Shown: positions 46,950 through 55,587 of the stretch, piece after piece
Numbering within the stretch: the first letter of the stretch is position 1
Layout: each line of letters starts with the position of its first letter
Source of the DNA: an uncultured Actinomycetes bacterium
GTDB lineage: Bacteria > Actinomycetota > UBA4738 > HRBIN12
Length of the DNA: 64,000 bases
NCBI GenBank assembly: GCA_963697875.1
Contig: OY969099.1
Coordinates: 2,793,234-2,857,233 of the forward strand
Direction of reading: 5' to 3'
Made by a program: the position numbers and the translations under genes
Notes under the pieces: model-generated
Told to the model about the DNA's origin: nothing
Databases searched by the model: none
Seen by the model: the letters and a program-made list of their open reading frames with translations, nothing else

Positions 46950-47435
46950 CTACGGGCAGTTCGCGCGCGGCGGCGAGGTGTTTACCGGCCGACCGGGCCT
47001 TCCGATCGTCACCTGGCAGTTCTCGGTACCCGAGCAGTAGAGGAAGTTCGTGAAGGGCCCCCGCTGGTAGGCGGGGAGCGCCGGATTGTGGCCTGCCCCG
47101 TTGGAGGAGTTGTACCCGCTCTGCCACTTGCACCAGTTCTCGCAGTCGTCCGCCGTGTTCTGACCGGGGTCGACGAAGGCGTCGGGTTGGCCGTAGTTCT
47201 TGACGATGTTCCCGCTGCCATCCGGCGTGTAGCAGTAGCAGGCGGAGCACTCGCCCGGGCTCGGGCCGTAGGCCGCGGCCGCTTTCATCCCGACGGTCTG
47301 GATCGTCGGGGCCGCCCAGAGCAGAGCTCCGCCCACGATCGCGGAGCGCCGCAGCAGGTCGCGTCGCGACATCCCGATCTCGGACTCCACGTCGATCGAA
47401 CGCTTCTTGGGCTCGAGCTCGTCGTCCACGGTCAC
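46950..47435 (-). CDS. Tat-signal secreted Cys-rich protein (paralog B)
   Basis: ...MSRRDLLRRSAIVGGALLWAAPTIQTVGMKAAAAYGPSPGECSACYCY... is a twin-arginine motif with signal region and an N-terminus homologous to paralog A. The mature part has about nine Cys. The start is GTG 47435 or ATG 47372. Confidence 0.6.
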   Translation of the reverse strand: MTVDDELEPKKRSIDVESEIGMSRRDLLRRSAIVGGALLWAAPTIQTVGMKAAAAYGPSPGECSACYCYTPDGSGNIVKNYGQPDAFVDPGQNTADDCENWCKWQSGYNSSNGAGHNPALPAYQRGPFTNFLYCSGTENCQVTIGRPGRPVNTSPPRANCP

Positions 47436-47549
47436 TCCACCTCGATCCGGGTCGATGGGGACACGCTAGCGACGGCCGGACGGCCGCAGATGCGCCGTCG
47501 ACCGTATCTTTCGCCCACACGGCGTACGTAGGCGGTCTGCGTACCCGGG

Positions 47550-48716
47550 TCACGGCCGCGCCGCCTCGATCGCCCGCCCCACACGGTCGACGTCTTCGAC
47601 CGCCATGCCGTTCCACAACGGCAACGTGAGGGCCTGCCGCGCGGCCCGTTCGGTCTCGGGCAGGTCCGCGACGTGACCGTTCAGGTGCGCGTACGCCTTC
47701 ATCCGGTGCACCGGCGGGTGGTAGTAGCGGCGCGTCTCGATCCCCCAGGCGGCGAGCGCCGCCGCCAGCGCGTCGGCGTCGATCCCGAAGCGGTCCGGGT
47801 CGATCAAGACGGTGAGGTCCTTATAGGTGCTTCGATCGCCGTCGGGCACGACCGGGAACCGGATCCCGCCGATCCCGCCGAGGCGCTCGCGGTACCGGCC
47901 GGCGATCGCGTTGCGCTCGTCCAGCCGCTCGTCCAGGTCCTCGAACGAGGCGAGGGCCACCGCGGCGTGGAGCTCGGAGAGACGCGCGTTCAGCCCCACG
48001 AACAGGCAGTCGTAGTCGCCGGGGTTGCCGTAGTCCCGGGCGATGCGCAGGCGCTCGGCGAGCAGGTCGTCGTCGGTCGAGACCAACCCGCCCTCGGCGG
48101 CCACGAGCACCTTCGTCGGGGACATGCTGAAGACCTCGGCGTCGCCGAGCCCGCCGACCCGGACGCCGCCGGACGAGGACCCGAACGCGTGGGCGGCGTC
48201 GAAGAACAGGCGCAGGCCGTTCACGCCGGCGAGCGCCCGGAGCGCGTCGACGTCGCACGGCGTGCCGTAGACGTGCGTCGCGAGGATCGCCGCGGTGCGG
48301 GCACCGAGGACGCGGTCGACGGCCTCCGGGCTGAGGGTGAGCGTGTCGGGGTCGACGTCGGCGAACACGGGCCGCAGGCCGTTCCACGCCACCGCGTGGG
48401 CCGTGGCCGCGAACGTGAACGACGGCACGATCACGTCGCCGTCGAGCTCGGCGCACCGGAGCACGAGCATCAACCCGGCCGTGCAGGACGAGACCGCGAC
48501 CACGTGCCGGACCCCCAGGTACGCCGCGGCGGCCGCCTCGAGCCGCCGGACCGTGGGGCCGTTCGTCAGGACCCCGCTCCGCAGGATCGTCTCGACCTCG
48601 GCCGCGACGCGCGCGGGGTCGGCGAGGCGGGGGCGCGCGAGCGGCAGCGGTGTGGCCGGACCGAGCGCCGGGATGGACCGACGCGCCTGGGTGGCGTCGA
48701 GCGGGTGGGTACTCAT
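47550..48716 (-). CDS. DegT/DnrJ/EryC1/StrS-family sugar aminotransferase (PLP-dependent)
   Basis: The start is MSTHPLD (ATG 48716). ...GVLTNGPTVRRLEAAAAAYLGVRHVVAVSSCTAGL...VIVPSFTFAATAHAV...FSMSPTKVL carries the PLP-Lys motif. Confidence 0.85.
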   Translation of the reverse strand: MSTHPLDATQARRSIPALGPATPLPLARPRLADPARVAAEVETILRSGVLTNGPTVRRLEAAAAAYLGVRHVVAVSSCTAGLMLVLRCAELDGDVIVPSFTFAATAHAVAWNGLRPVFADVDPDTLTLSPEAVDRVLGARTAAILATHVYGTPCDVDALRALAGVNGLRLFFDAAHAFGSSSGGVRVGGLGDAEVFSMSPTKVLVAAEGGLVSTDDDLLAERLRIARDYGNPGDYDCLFVGLNARLSELHAAVALASFEDLDERLDERNAIAGRYRERLGGIGGIRFPVVPDGDRSTYKDLTVLIDPDRFGIDADALAAALAAWGIETRRYYHPPVHRMKAYAHLNGHVADLPETERAARQALTLPLWNGMAVEDVDRVGRAIEAARP

Positions 48717-49675
48717 CGGGGCTCCTCTCGTGGACGCGGGATCGGGCGGGCGGCCGTCAGCAGCCAACCGGTGCACGCGACGCCCGCGCCGGCCGCCGCG
48801 GCGAGGGCCGACGCCGGCTGGAGCCGGGCGACCGCCTGCGCACCGAGCGCGAGGAGCGCGCCGCAGGCCCAGCAGGCGAGCGTCGAGGCTGTCCGGCTCC
48901 CGAGCGCCTCGGCCAGCCGGTCGTACGCGTGCTCGCGGTCGCCGAGGACGGCCGGAGCCGACGACCACCGCCGCCGGACCACCGTGGACGCCAGCTCGAC
49001 GAGGAAGAAGCCGAGGCACACCGCCGCCGCGAACAGGCCCGGCCAGTCGGTCGCCGCGGTGGCCGAGGCGACCACCAGGAGCACGCCGAGTGCGTAGGCG
49101 CCTCCGTCTCCGAGGAACGCGCGCGCCGGAGGGCGGTTCCACGCCAAGAACCCGAGCGCCGCGCCGGCGGTTGCTGTGGCCACCGCCGTCGACATTCCGG
49201 CCGCGGCCGCGACCCCGGCGAGGCCGGCCGCAGCGAACGCTCCCAGCCCGGTCGCCAACCCGTCCTGACCGTCGACCATGTTCACCGCGTTGCAGGCGGC
49301 GACGGTCGCGATCACGACCGCGACGCCACCGAGCGGGCCGAGCGGCGCGAACGTGAGGCCGCCGGCCGCGAGGCACACCCCCGCGAGCACCTGCGCGGCG
49401 AGCCGGATCCACGGCGAGATCGGACGGATGTCGTCCACCAAGCCGGCGGCGAGCGCCACGACCACGGCGACCACGAACCACATCCGGCGCTCGCCGCCGA
49501 GCCACGGCCACGCGCCGGCCAGCGCGCCGGCCGCGACCGCCGCCCCGGCGAGCGCCACGGGCCTCGCGTGCAGCTTCAGCGCGCCCGGCCGATCCACCAG
49601 ACCGAGCCGCGGCCCGACGCGGACGAGCACCGCCGTCCCGACCAGCGAGACGGCGAGCGCGATCACGAACGGCAC
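48713..49675 (-). CDS. polyprenyl-phosphate N-acetylhexosamine-1-phosphate transferase (WecA/TagO/MraY GT4-PNPT family); initiating transferase
   Basis: Ten TM helices are present. DDIRPISPWIRL is a motif of the family. NAVNMVDGQDGLA is the NxxNxxDGxDGL active site. The stop overlaps the aminotransferase start. Confidence 0.85.
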   Translation of the reverse strand: MPFVIALAVSLVGTAVLVRVGPRLGLVDRPGALKLHARPVALAGAAVAAGALAGAWPWLGGERRMWFVVAVVVALAAGLVDDIRPISPWIRLAAQVLAGVCLAAGGLTFAPLGPLGGVAVVIATVAACNAVNMVDGQDGLATGLGAFAAAGLAGVAAAAGMSTAVATATAGAALGFLAWNRPPARAFLGDGGAYALGVLLVVASATAATDWPGLFAAAVCLGFFLVELASTVVRRRWSSAPAVLGDREHAYDRLAEALGSRTASTLACWACGALLALGAQAVARLQPASALAAAAGAGVACTGWLLTAARPIPRPREEPR

Positions 49676-51423
49676 GACGCCACCCAGACGGTGCTCTCGA
49701 CGCCGTCGTGCACGGCGATCGTGCCGACCCGCTCGAACCCGAGCGCGGCGTAGAAGGCGTTCGCCCCGTCGTTGTCGGCGCCGACGACCGCCTTGCAGCG
49801 ATCGGCCCCGCGACGCGCCAGGCCTGACAGGACCGCCCCCGCGAGGGCGCGGCCGGCCCCGGTCCCCCGGGCCCGCTCGTCGACCGCGATCGCCAGCAGC
49901 TCCGCGTCGGGAAGGTCGGCGCGCCGGCCGGGGTAGCGGGCGGTCTCGCCGGCGCGTGCGCGGACCGACGCATCCCGAAGGCGCGGCGCGGCCGCGAGGG
50001 CCGCCCGGACGCCCCGCCGGAACGCGAACCGACGGTAGAAGGCGCCGAGCGATGGCACGCCGGACGCGAACCCCAGCACCTCACCCCCCCGCTCGGCGAC
50101 GAACACCGTGGCGGCGCGATCGCCGATCAGCCCGGCGTGCAGCTGCGTGAGGAACCGCGCCCCGAGCCAGGGCAGGAACGCCGTGGGCATCGTCGCGATG
50201 TGCAGCCGCGCGATCGCCCGGGCGTCCGATCGCCGCGCCGGCCGTACGACCGTCGCGTCCCGGTTCCCCCGGACGATCCCCCTGGCTCGCAGCAGGCGCT
50301 CGGTGACGCCGACAACCGTGGCGACCACCCGCTCCTGGTCGAACTCGGCCTCGGCCCGGCGCCTCGCGGCCGCGCCCATCCTCCGTCGCAGTGCGCCGTC
50401 CTCCAGGACCCGGACGAGCGCCGAGGCCAGCGCGCCCGCGTCGCGGACCGGCACGAGCAGCCCCTGCACGCCGTCGGTCACGACCTCCCGGCAGCCGCGG
50501 ATGTCGGTGAGCACGAGCGGAAGCCCGCTCGCCGCGGCCTCGATCGCCGAGCGCGGCATCCCCTCGCGCCACGACGGCAGCGCGAACACGTCCATCACGG
50601 CCATCAGCTCGGCCACGTCCTCGCGCCACCCCGTGAACACCACGTCCTTGCTCGCCGCCTCGATCTCGGCGGCCTCGATCGCGTCGGGCTTATCCGGGTC
50701 ACCCTGCCCGACCACGAGGAACCGCGCCGCGGGCACCCGCGCCCGGACCCGACGCGCCGCCTCGAACAGCTCGAGGAAGCCCTTCTCGCGAACCATCCTC
50801 CCGACGGTCCCGACGACCAGCTCGTCCTCGCCGATCCCGAGCTCGGCGCGGAGCTTCCGCGCCGCCTCCGAGCCGGCGCGCTCGGGCGCGAACCGCGCCA
50901 CGTCGATCCCGTTGCCCAGCTGGATCGCCCTGCCGCGGCGGACGACCCGCAGGCGTCGCGCCCACGCGAGGTCCTCTCCCGACTGGTACAGCTCGAGGTC
51001 CGAGCAGCGGGATGCGAGCGCCTCCACCGCCAGGACCGGCCCGCGCTTCCCGAGCCGGTCCTCCGGCGTCGCCCAGAGCCCGTGGACCGTGTTCAGCACG
51101 ACCGGCACGCCGAGCAGGCGGGCGGCCACGCGCCCCATCGCGCCGGGCTTCGGGTTGTGCGTGTGGACGGCGTTGAACCGCTCGCGCCGGAGGATCCGGA
51201 CCAGCTCGCGGAGGGCCCGCACGTCCGCCCGCGGGTTCCACGCCCGCGTCACGGTCGTCCACGCCACGTACCGGATCCCCTCGGCCTCGACGTCGCCGAC
51301 CCACGGGCCCGGCGCGCCGATCGCCGTCACGTCGTGCCCCTTCTCGCGGAGCCCCACGAGCTGCGGCAGCAGCAGGAACCGGTGCGTCAGGTCGACCGTG
51401 GCCACGTGTGCGATCTTCGCCAT
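49663..51423 (-). CDS. bifunctional glycosyltransferase family 4 with a C-terminal GNAT N-acetyltransferase domain
   Basis: The start is MAKIAHVATVD (ATG 51423). The GT4 domain is ...GRMVREKGFLELFEAA...FALPSWREGMPRSAIEAAASGLPLVLTDIRGCREVV.... The reading frame then continues uninterrupted into the GNAT fold ...VFVAERGGEVLGFASGV...LLAIAVDERARGTGAGRALAGAV...GANAFYAALGFERVG. Confidence 0.75.
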   Translation of the reverse strand: MAKIAHVATVDLTHRFLLLPQLVGLREKGHDVTAIGAPGPWVGDVEAEGIRYVAWTTVTRAWNPRADVRALRELVRILRRERFNAVHTHNPKPGAMGRVAARLLGVPVVLNTVHGLWATPEDRLGKRGPVLAVEALASRCSDLELYQSGEDLAWARRLRVVRRGRAIQLGNGIDVARFAPERAGSEAARKLRAELGIGEDELVVGTVGRMVREKGFLELFEAARRVRARVPAARFLVVGQGDPDKPDAIEAAEIEAASKDVVFTGWREDVAELMAVMDVFALPSWREGMPRSAIEAAASGLPLVLTDIRGCREVVTDGVQGLLVPVRDAGALASALVRVLEDGALRRRMGAAARRRAEAEFDQERVVATVVGVTERLLRARGIVRGNRDATVVRPARRSDARAIARLHIATMPTAFLPWLGARFLTQLHAGLIGDRAATVFVAERGGEVLGFASGVPSLGAFYRRFAFRRGVRAALAAAPRLRDASVRARAGETARYPGRRADLPDAELLAIAVDERARGTGAGRALAGAVLSGLARRGADRCKAVVGADNDGANAFYAALGFERVGTIAVHDGVESTVWVASCRS

Positions 51424-52169
51424 CAGCCCTTCCCCCACGGTCCCCGTCCGAGCGCGCGGTAGACCCACGCCTCGGTGTCCAGCTGCCCGGCCGCCTTCCG
51501 CCGGAAGAAGAAGTCCCCGTCGGAGCGCAGCACCGGCACCCGCCCCAGCCGGTACCGGTCGGTTCGGCCGGCGCGGTTCGTCCGCCACGCGTCCCGGGCG
51601 GCCGAGACGAACAGCCGCCGCGCAGCGCGGTCGGCGGCGGCCCCGCCGACGGCCCAGGGGTACGCGAAGTGCCGGCACGCCGCGCCGAGCCGGTCCTCGA
51701 TCAGGTCCCGGGACCGCCGCATCTCCGCGTCCGCCTGTTCCTCGCTCACGTCCGCGAGGTTCGCGTGCGAATGGGTGTGCGACCCGACCTCCACGAGCCC
51801 GCTCGCGACGCACTCCCCCAGCTGCCGCCACGTCAGCCCGTCGCCGCCGACCCCGCCGGTGGCGAGGTACAGCAGCGCCGGTACCCGGTGCCGCTCCAGC
51901 AACGGCAGCGCGCGCTCGGCGAAGTCGGGCGTCCCGTCGTCGAACGTGACCACCACTCCGCCGCGGCCGGCGAGCGCCTCGTCCAGCGTGATCGCGTGTG
52001 GCGCCACGTGCGCGAGCTGCCGGTCGAGCACGTCCTCGGGCAGCTCGATCTCCGAGGTCCCGTCGCCGACCCGGTGGTACAGCAGGATCACGACGTCGTC
52101 CGCCGCGCGCCGACCGGGCAGCCCGAACGGCAGCACCGCCGCCTTCGAGAGGGTCCGGACCGCGCTCAC
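51423..52169 (-). CDS. polysaccharide deacetylase (NodB/CE4 family)
   Basis: GTG 52169 overlaps the upstream stop (GTGA). ...VVILLYHRV..., ...VVVTFDDGTPD... (the DD metal motif) and ...GSHTHSH... are CE4 blocks. Confidence 0.7.
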   Translation of the reverse strand: MSAVRTLSKAAVLPFGLPGRRAADDVVILLYHRVGDGTSEIELPEDVLDRQLAHVAPHAITLDEALAGRGGVVVTFDDGTPDFAERALPLLERHRVPALLYLATGGVGGDGLTWRQLGECVASGLVEVGSHTHSHANLADVSEEQADAEMRRSRDLIEDRLGAACRHFAYPWAVGGAAADRAARRLFVSAARDAWRTNRAGRTDRYRLGRVPVLRSDGDFFFRRKAAGQLDTEAWVYRALGRGPWGKG

Positions 52170-53221
52170 TCCCACCCGTCCTCGCGCCGCGGCACGAGCG
52201 CCGTCCCGAACAGTGCGGCCACGACCAGCACCACGGCCGGCGTGTGCAGCACGTAATCGACGCAGGCGTGCGCCCCGACAACCGCGACCGCCGCCGCGCC
52301 GAGCGCGGTCACCGCGTCGGGGCGAGGCACGGCCAGGAGCCGTACGAAGGCCCACCCGAAGACCGCGACCATCAGGAGCAGGCCCAGGACGCCGAGCTCC
52401 GCGCCGCGCTCGAGGAACTCGTGGTGCGCCTGGAACGCGTCGCGGTCCGAGCGGGCCGTCGGGCTCACCCGGGCGAACGTCCCGAGCCCGTTGCCGCGCG
52501 GCTCGGCCGTCGTCGCGTCCCACGCGTCGTGCCACAGGGCCAGTCGGCGTTCGGTGAGCCCCGCGTCCACCAGGCGTTCGGCGACCCCGGTCGGGCCGGC
52601 CGTGGGGTCGTACGTAGCCGCGAGCCAAACCGTCGCCGAAAGCGAGACCACGAACACGGCGGCCATCGCCGCGATCGCTACGCGCGAGGCCCGCGGACCC
52701 ACGAGCGCGATCGCGAGCGCCACGAACGCCAGCCCGACCACCGCCGCCGCCTCGGCGCTTCGGACCGCGACCGCCGAGGGCGCCAGCGCCACGGCGACCG
52801 TCACCACGATCGCCGGCCACCGCCGGAGCGCGCCGCCCGTCATCAGCCACGCAACCGCGGCCGCCGCCAGGAACGCCCCGCTCGCGTTCCGGTAGCCGAA
52901 CGGTCCGCCGAGCGGCCCGGTCGTCAGGTCGAGCCGCCATCGCCACGCGAACCAGGTCGCGCCCACCGCGACGACGGCCGGCACCAGCGCCCGGTGCGTC
53001 CGCGCGCCGACAACCGCCGAGACGACGACCACCCCGGCGACGGCGCCGAGCAGCGCCACGAACGACCCCGCGTCGGTCCCGGTGCGGAGCCCCACGAGCA
53101 GGGCCACGAGCGCCAGCGCGCCCACCAGCACGAGGCCGGCCACGTCCAGCCCCGGCCGGAGCTCCTCGTGGACCCGCGTCGTGACGACGGCCCGGTCACG
53201 CCAGCGGCTCAGCGCCTGCAT
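52166..53221 (-). CDS. O-antigen ligase/polymerase-like (Wzy_C domain) polytopic membrane protein
   Basis: About ten TM helices are present, with a large loop containing ...RNGLGTFARVSPT...AHHEFLERGAELGVLGLLLMVAVFG, which is Wzy_C-like. Confidence 0.6.
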   Translation of the reverse strand: MQALSRWRDRAVVTTRVHEELRPGLDVAGLVLVGALALVALLVGLRTGTDAGSFVALLGAVAGVVVVSAVVGARTHRALVPAVVAVGATWFAWRWRLDLTTGPLGGPFGYRNASGAFLAAAAVAWLMTGGALRRWPAIVVTVAVALAPSAVAVRSAEAAAVVGLAFVALAIALVGPRASRVAIAAMAAVFVVSLSATVWLAATYDPTAGPTGVAERLVDAGLTERRLALWHDAWDATTAEPRGNGLGTFARVSPTARSDRDAFQAHHEFLERGAELGVLGLLLMVAVFGWAFVRLLAVPRPDAVTALGAAAVAVVGAHACVDYVLHTPAVVLVVAALFGTALVPRREDGWE

Positions 53222-54569
53222 GCTCCACCTCCCGTACCTCGGGGTGCCGCTCCCACCACACGGGCGTGGGAACCGCCAGCAGCACCAGGAAGAACGGCAG
53301 CACCTGCGAGCGCTGCCGCGCGAGGATCCCGAAGTTCGCGATGCTCGAGAACCCGAACACGAACACCGCCACGAACACGATCGCCACGGCCACGTAGGGC
53401 TGCCGGCGGATCGACGTCGCGGCCTCCCAGATCCACCGCCACCGCCAGACCGACCACGCGAGCAGCGCCGTCCCCTCGAGCGCCGCGAGGAACCCCTGGA
53501 CGTTCTTCGCCTCCGGAAGCAGCGGCCGGAAGAGCACCGTCACAGCCGCGAGCGGCGCGCGCGTGGGGCTGTCGAGCACCGACGCCTGGAACGACGAGCC
53601 GCCCTGCTGGGTGCGGAACTCCGTGTTCTGCAGCGTCGCGCTCACGCCGCCCTCGTCGTTCACCCCCGCCTGCGCCAGGAAGTCGTTCGTCATCCGGACG
53701 AGGAAGAGCGTCCCGACCGCGAGCGCCGCGAGCACGGCGACCTTCGCGAGGAGCCCGACCTCGCGGTGCTCGGGCCGCGTCGGCCGCACCACGTACCCGG
53801 CCACCGTCGCGATCGCGACCATCGCCGCGATATGGGGCCGGACGACCGCGAGCGCCGCCACGCCCAGCACCACCGGCAACGCGGCGCCCCTGATCCCGGT
53901 CGTCAACAGCCGCGCGATGCCGAACGCCGCGAGCCCCAGCCCGAAGAGCATCCATGCCTCCTTGCCGACGCTCGACGGCCAGAACAGCAGCGACGGCATG
54001 AAGAAGACGAGCCGCGCGTACGTGCGACGGCGGCCCTCCGGGACCGCGATCGCGAACGCCCGATAGAAGAGGAAGAGGCCCCAGAACGCGATCCACGAGA
54101 AGACGAGGAAGGCCCCGACCTGGGTCGGCCACGTGAACGAGTAGACGACCCCCGTCAGGAGACCGGGGAACCCGGTCCCGGTGACGCTGCCCGTCATCGT
54201 GAAGTCGAGGCGATGGAACCGCGCCGCGAACGACGTGCCTTCCTGCAGGTACCGCGCCGCGTCGGCCACCCCCCCGTAGACGCCGAACGCGACGTAGTAG
54301 CGGGCGAGCGATGCGCCGAGCTTCAGCAGCAGGGCCCAGACCAGGATCGTGAACACGCGCGGCTCGTCCTCGCGTGCCGCCTGGCGCCGGAGCGCCGGCA
54401 GCGACACGAGGATCAGGACCGGCGCCACGAGCACCGCGCCCCACGTGTCGTACGTGGACCGATCCATAAGGAGCAAGAGCCAGGCGCTGAGCCCGGCGAG
54501 GAGCGCGAGCCACAGCAGCCCGAGGGGCTGCGTCCGGATCAGGAGTCTGCGGTCGGCAGTGGTCGCCAC
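53196..54569 (-). CDS. polytopic membrane protein (12 or more TM helices), candidate glycan polymerase or flippase
   Basis: The hydrophobicity pattern shows 12 or more TM helices. No soluble catalytic motif is present. The gene sits inside the glycan cluster and overlaps both neighbours. Confidence 0.5.
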   Translation of the reverse strand: MATTADRRLLIRTQPLGLLWLALLAGLSAWLLLLMDRSTYDTWGAVLVAPVLILVSLPALRRQAAREDEPRVFTILVWALLLKLGASLARYYVAFGVYGGVADAARYLQEGTSFAARFHRLDFTMTGSVTGTGFPGLLTGVVYSFTWPTQVGAFLVFSWIAFWGLFLFYRAFAIAVPEGRRRTYARLVFFMPSLLFWPSSVGKEAWMLFGLGLAAFGIARLLTTGIRGAALPVVLGVAALAVVRPHIAAMVAIATVAGYVVRPTRPEHREVGLLAKVAVLAALAVGTLFLVRMTNDFLAQAGVNDEGGVSATLQNTEFRTQQGGSSFQASVLDSPTRAPLAAVTVLFRPLLPEAKNVQGFLAALEGTALLAWSVWRWRWIWEAATSIRRQPYVAVAIVFVAVFVFGFSSIANFGILARQRSQVLPFFLVLLAVPTPVWWERHPEVREVEHAGAEPLA

Positions 54570-54570
54570 C

Positions 54571-55587
54571 TCAGAACACCTCCAGGTCCCCGAGCGCGAG
54601 CGCCCACGACGACGCGCGCAGCGGATCGACCGGGATCGGGCGGAGCGGGTTTGCCACGAGGGTCAGCCCCTCCGGCGACGGCAGGAACCCGGCCCGGCGC
54701 ACTGCGCGACGAGCCTCGGACCCGGGCGGGAAGCTGCACGTGACGTGGTCGGCCGCCGCCGCCCCGACGGCCGCGCGCAACGCTCCGCGCACCGACCGCA
54801 CGTCGCCCGGCGCCGCGAAGACTTCCGCCACCGTCGTCTCCCAGAGCCGCCCGCGCGGCCGAACGCGGAAGATCGCGATCGCGTCCGGGCGTGACCGGTT
54901 GCCCAGTGCGACCGCCCGGTAGTCCAGGAGCGGTGCCTCCCCGTACCGCCACCGGAGGTACTCGACGGAGCGGTCCGTCACGAGCCGCCCGGCCTCAGCC
55001 GCGGGGAGCAGCGGCGCCACGGCGTCGCCGTCGGCGAGCAGGGAGCCGGCCGGCGGTGCGGACACCGTCGGCGCGGTGCCCGCGTCGGCGTGCAGCTCGT
55101 CACGCGACCGCATCCCTCTCGCGAAGCGGAGCGGCCGGCGGATCCGGACCTCGATCGGCACGTCGGCGATCCGCCGCCATCCCATCTTCAGGTAGCCGGC
55201 GAGGCTCTGGTCGTTCGGCGTGTTGAAGACCAGGTCGGTGTCCGCGCGGAGCTCGTCGACCGCCGAGAGCGTCAACCGCCGAAAGATCCCCTGCCCCTGG
55301 TAATCGGGGTGCGTCGCGGTATCGACGGCCCGCACCGCCGAGACCGGCTTCCCGTCCACGAGGAACCGCCACCGCATGAAGGTCCGGAACCCGACGACGC
55401 GGTCGCCGTGCTCGGCCAGGATCGCGAACGACCGACCGAACGGGTTCGACGCGTGCTTCCACCGGAAGAACGCCGGCGAGCGGCTGCCGGCCGGGCCGCC
55501 GCCGAGCGACGCGTCGAGCAGCCCGAGAACCGCCGCCTCGTCCTCGTCGCGGTAGGGCCGCACGTCCAATGCGATCCGAAGGCTCAT
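54571..55587 (-). CDS. GNAT-family acetyltransferase (FemAB-like double-GNAT possible)
   Basis: ...FAILAEHGDRVVGFRTFMRW..AVDTATHPDYQGQGIFRRLTLSAVDE... is a GNAT core. The protein is about 338 aa, allowing two GNAT-like halves. Confidence 0.6.
   Translation of the reverse strand: MSLRIALDVRPYRDEDEAAVLGLLDASLGGGPAGSRSPAFFRWKHASNPFGRSFAILAEHGDRVVGFRTFMRWRFLVDGKPVSAVRAVDTATHPDYQGQGIFRRLTLSAVDELRADTDLVFNTPNDQSLAGYLKMGWRRIADVPIEVRIRRPLRFARGMRSRDELHADAGTAPTVSAPPAGSLLADGDAVAPLLPAAEAGRLVTDRSVEYLRWRYGEAPLLDYRAVALGNRSRPDAIAIFRVRPRGRLWETTVAEVFAAPGDVRSVRGALRAAVGAAAADHVTCSFPPGSEARRAVRRAGFLPSPEGLTLVANPLRPIPVDPLRASSWALALGDLEVF

Noticed and set aside
47673-49097. 474-aa plus ORF and 48295..49356 / 48650..49753 plus ORFs
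   Set aside because: They are antisense to the DegT aminotransferase and WecA-like genes.
50108-54743. Several 400 to 630-aa plus ORFs (50108..51949, 51998..53893, 53082..54743)
   Set aside because: They are antisense to the minus-strand GT4-GNAT, deacetylase, Wzy_C and membrane-protein genes. Their translations are Arg/Pro/Ser-rich with no motifs.
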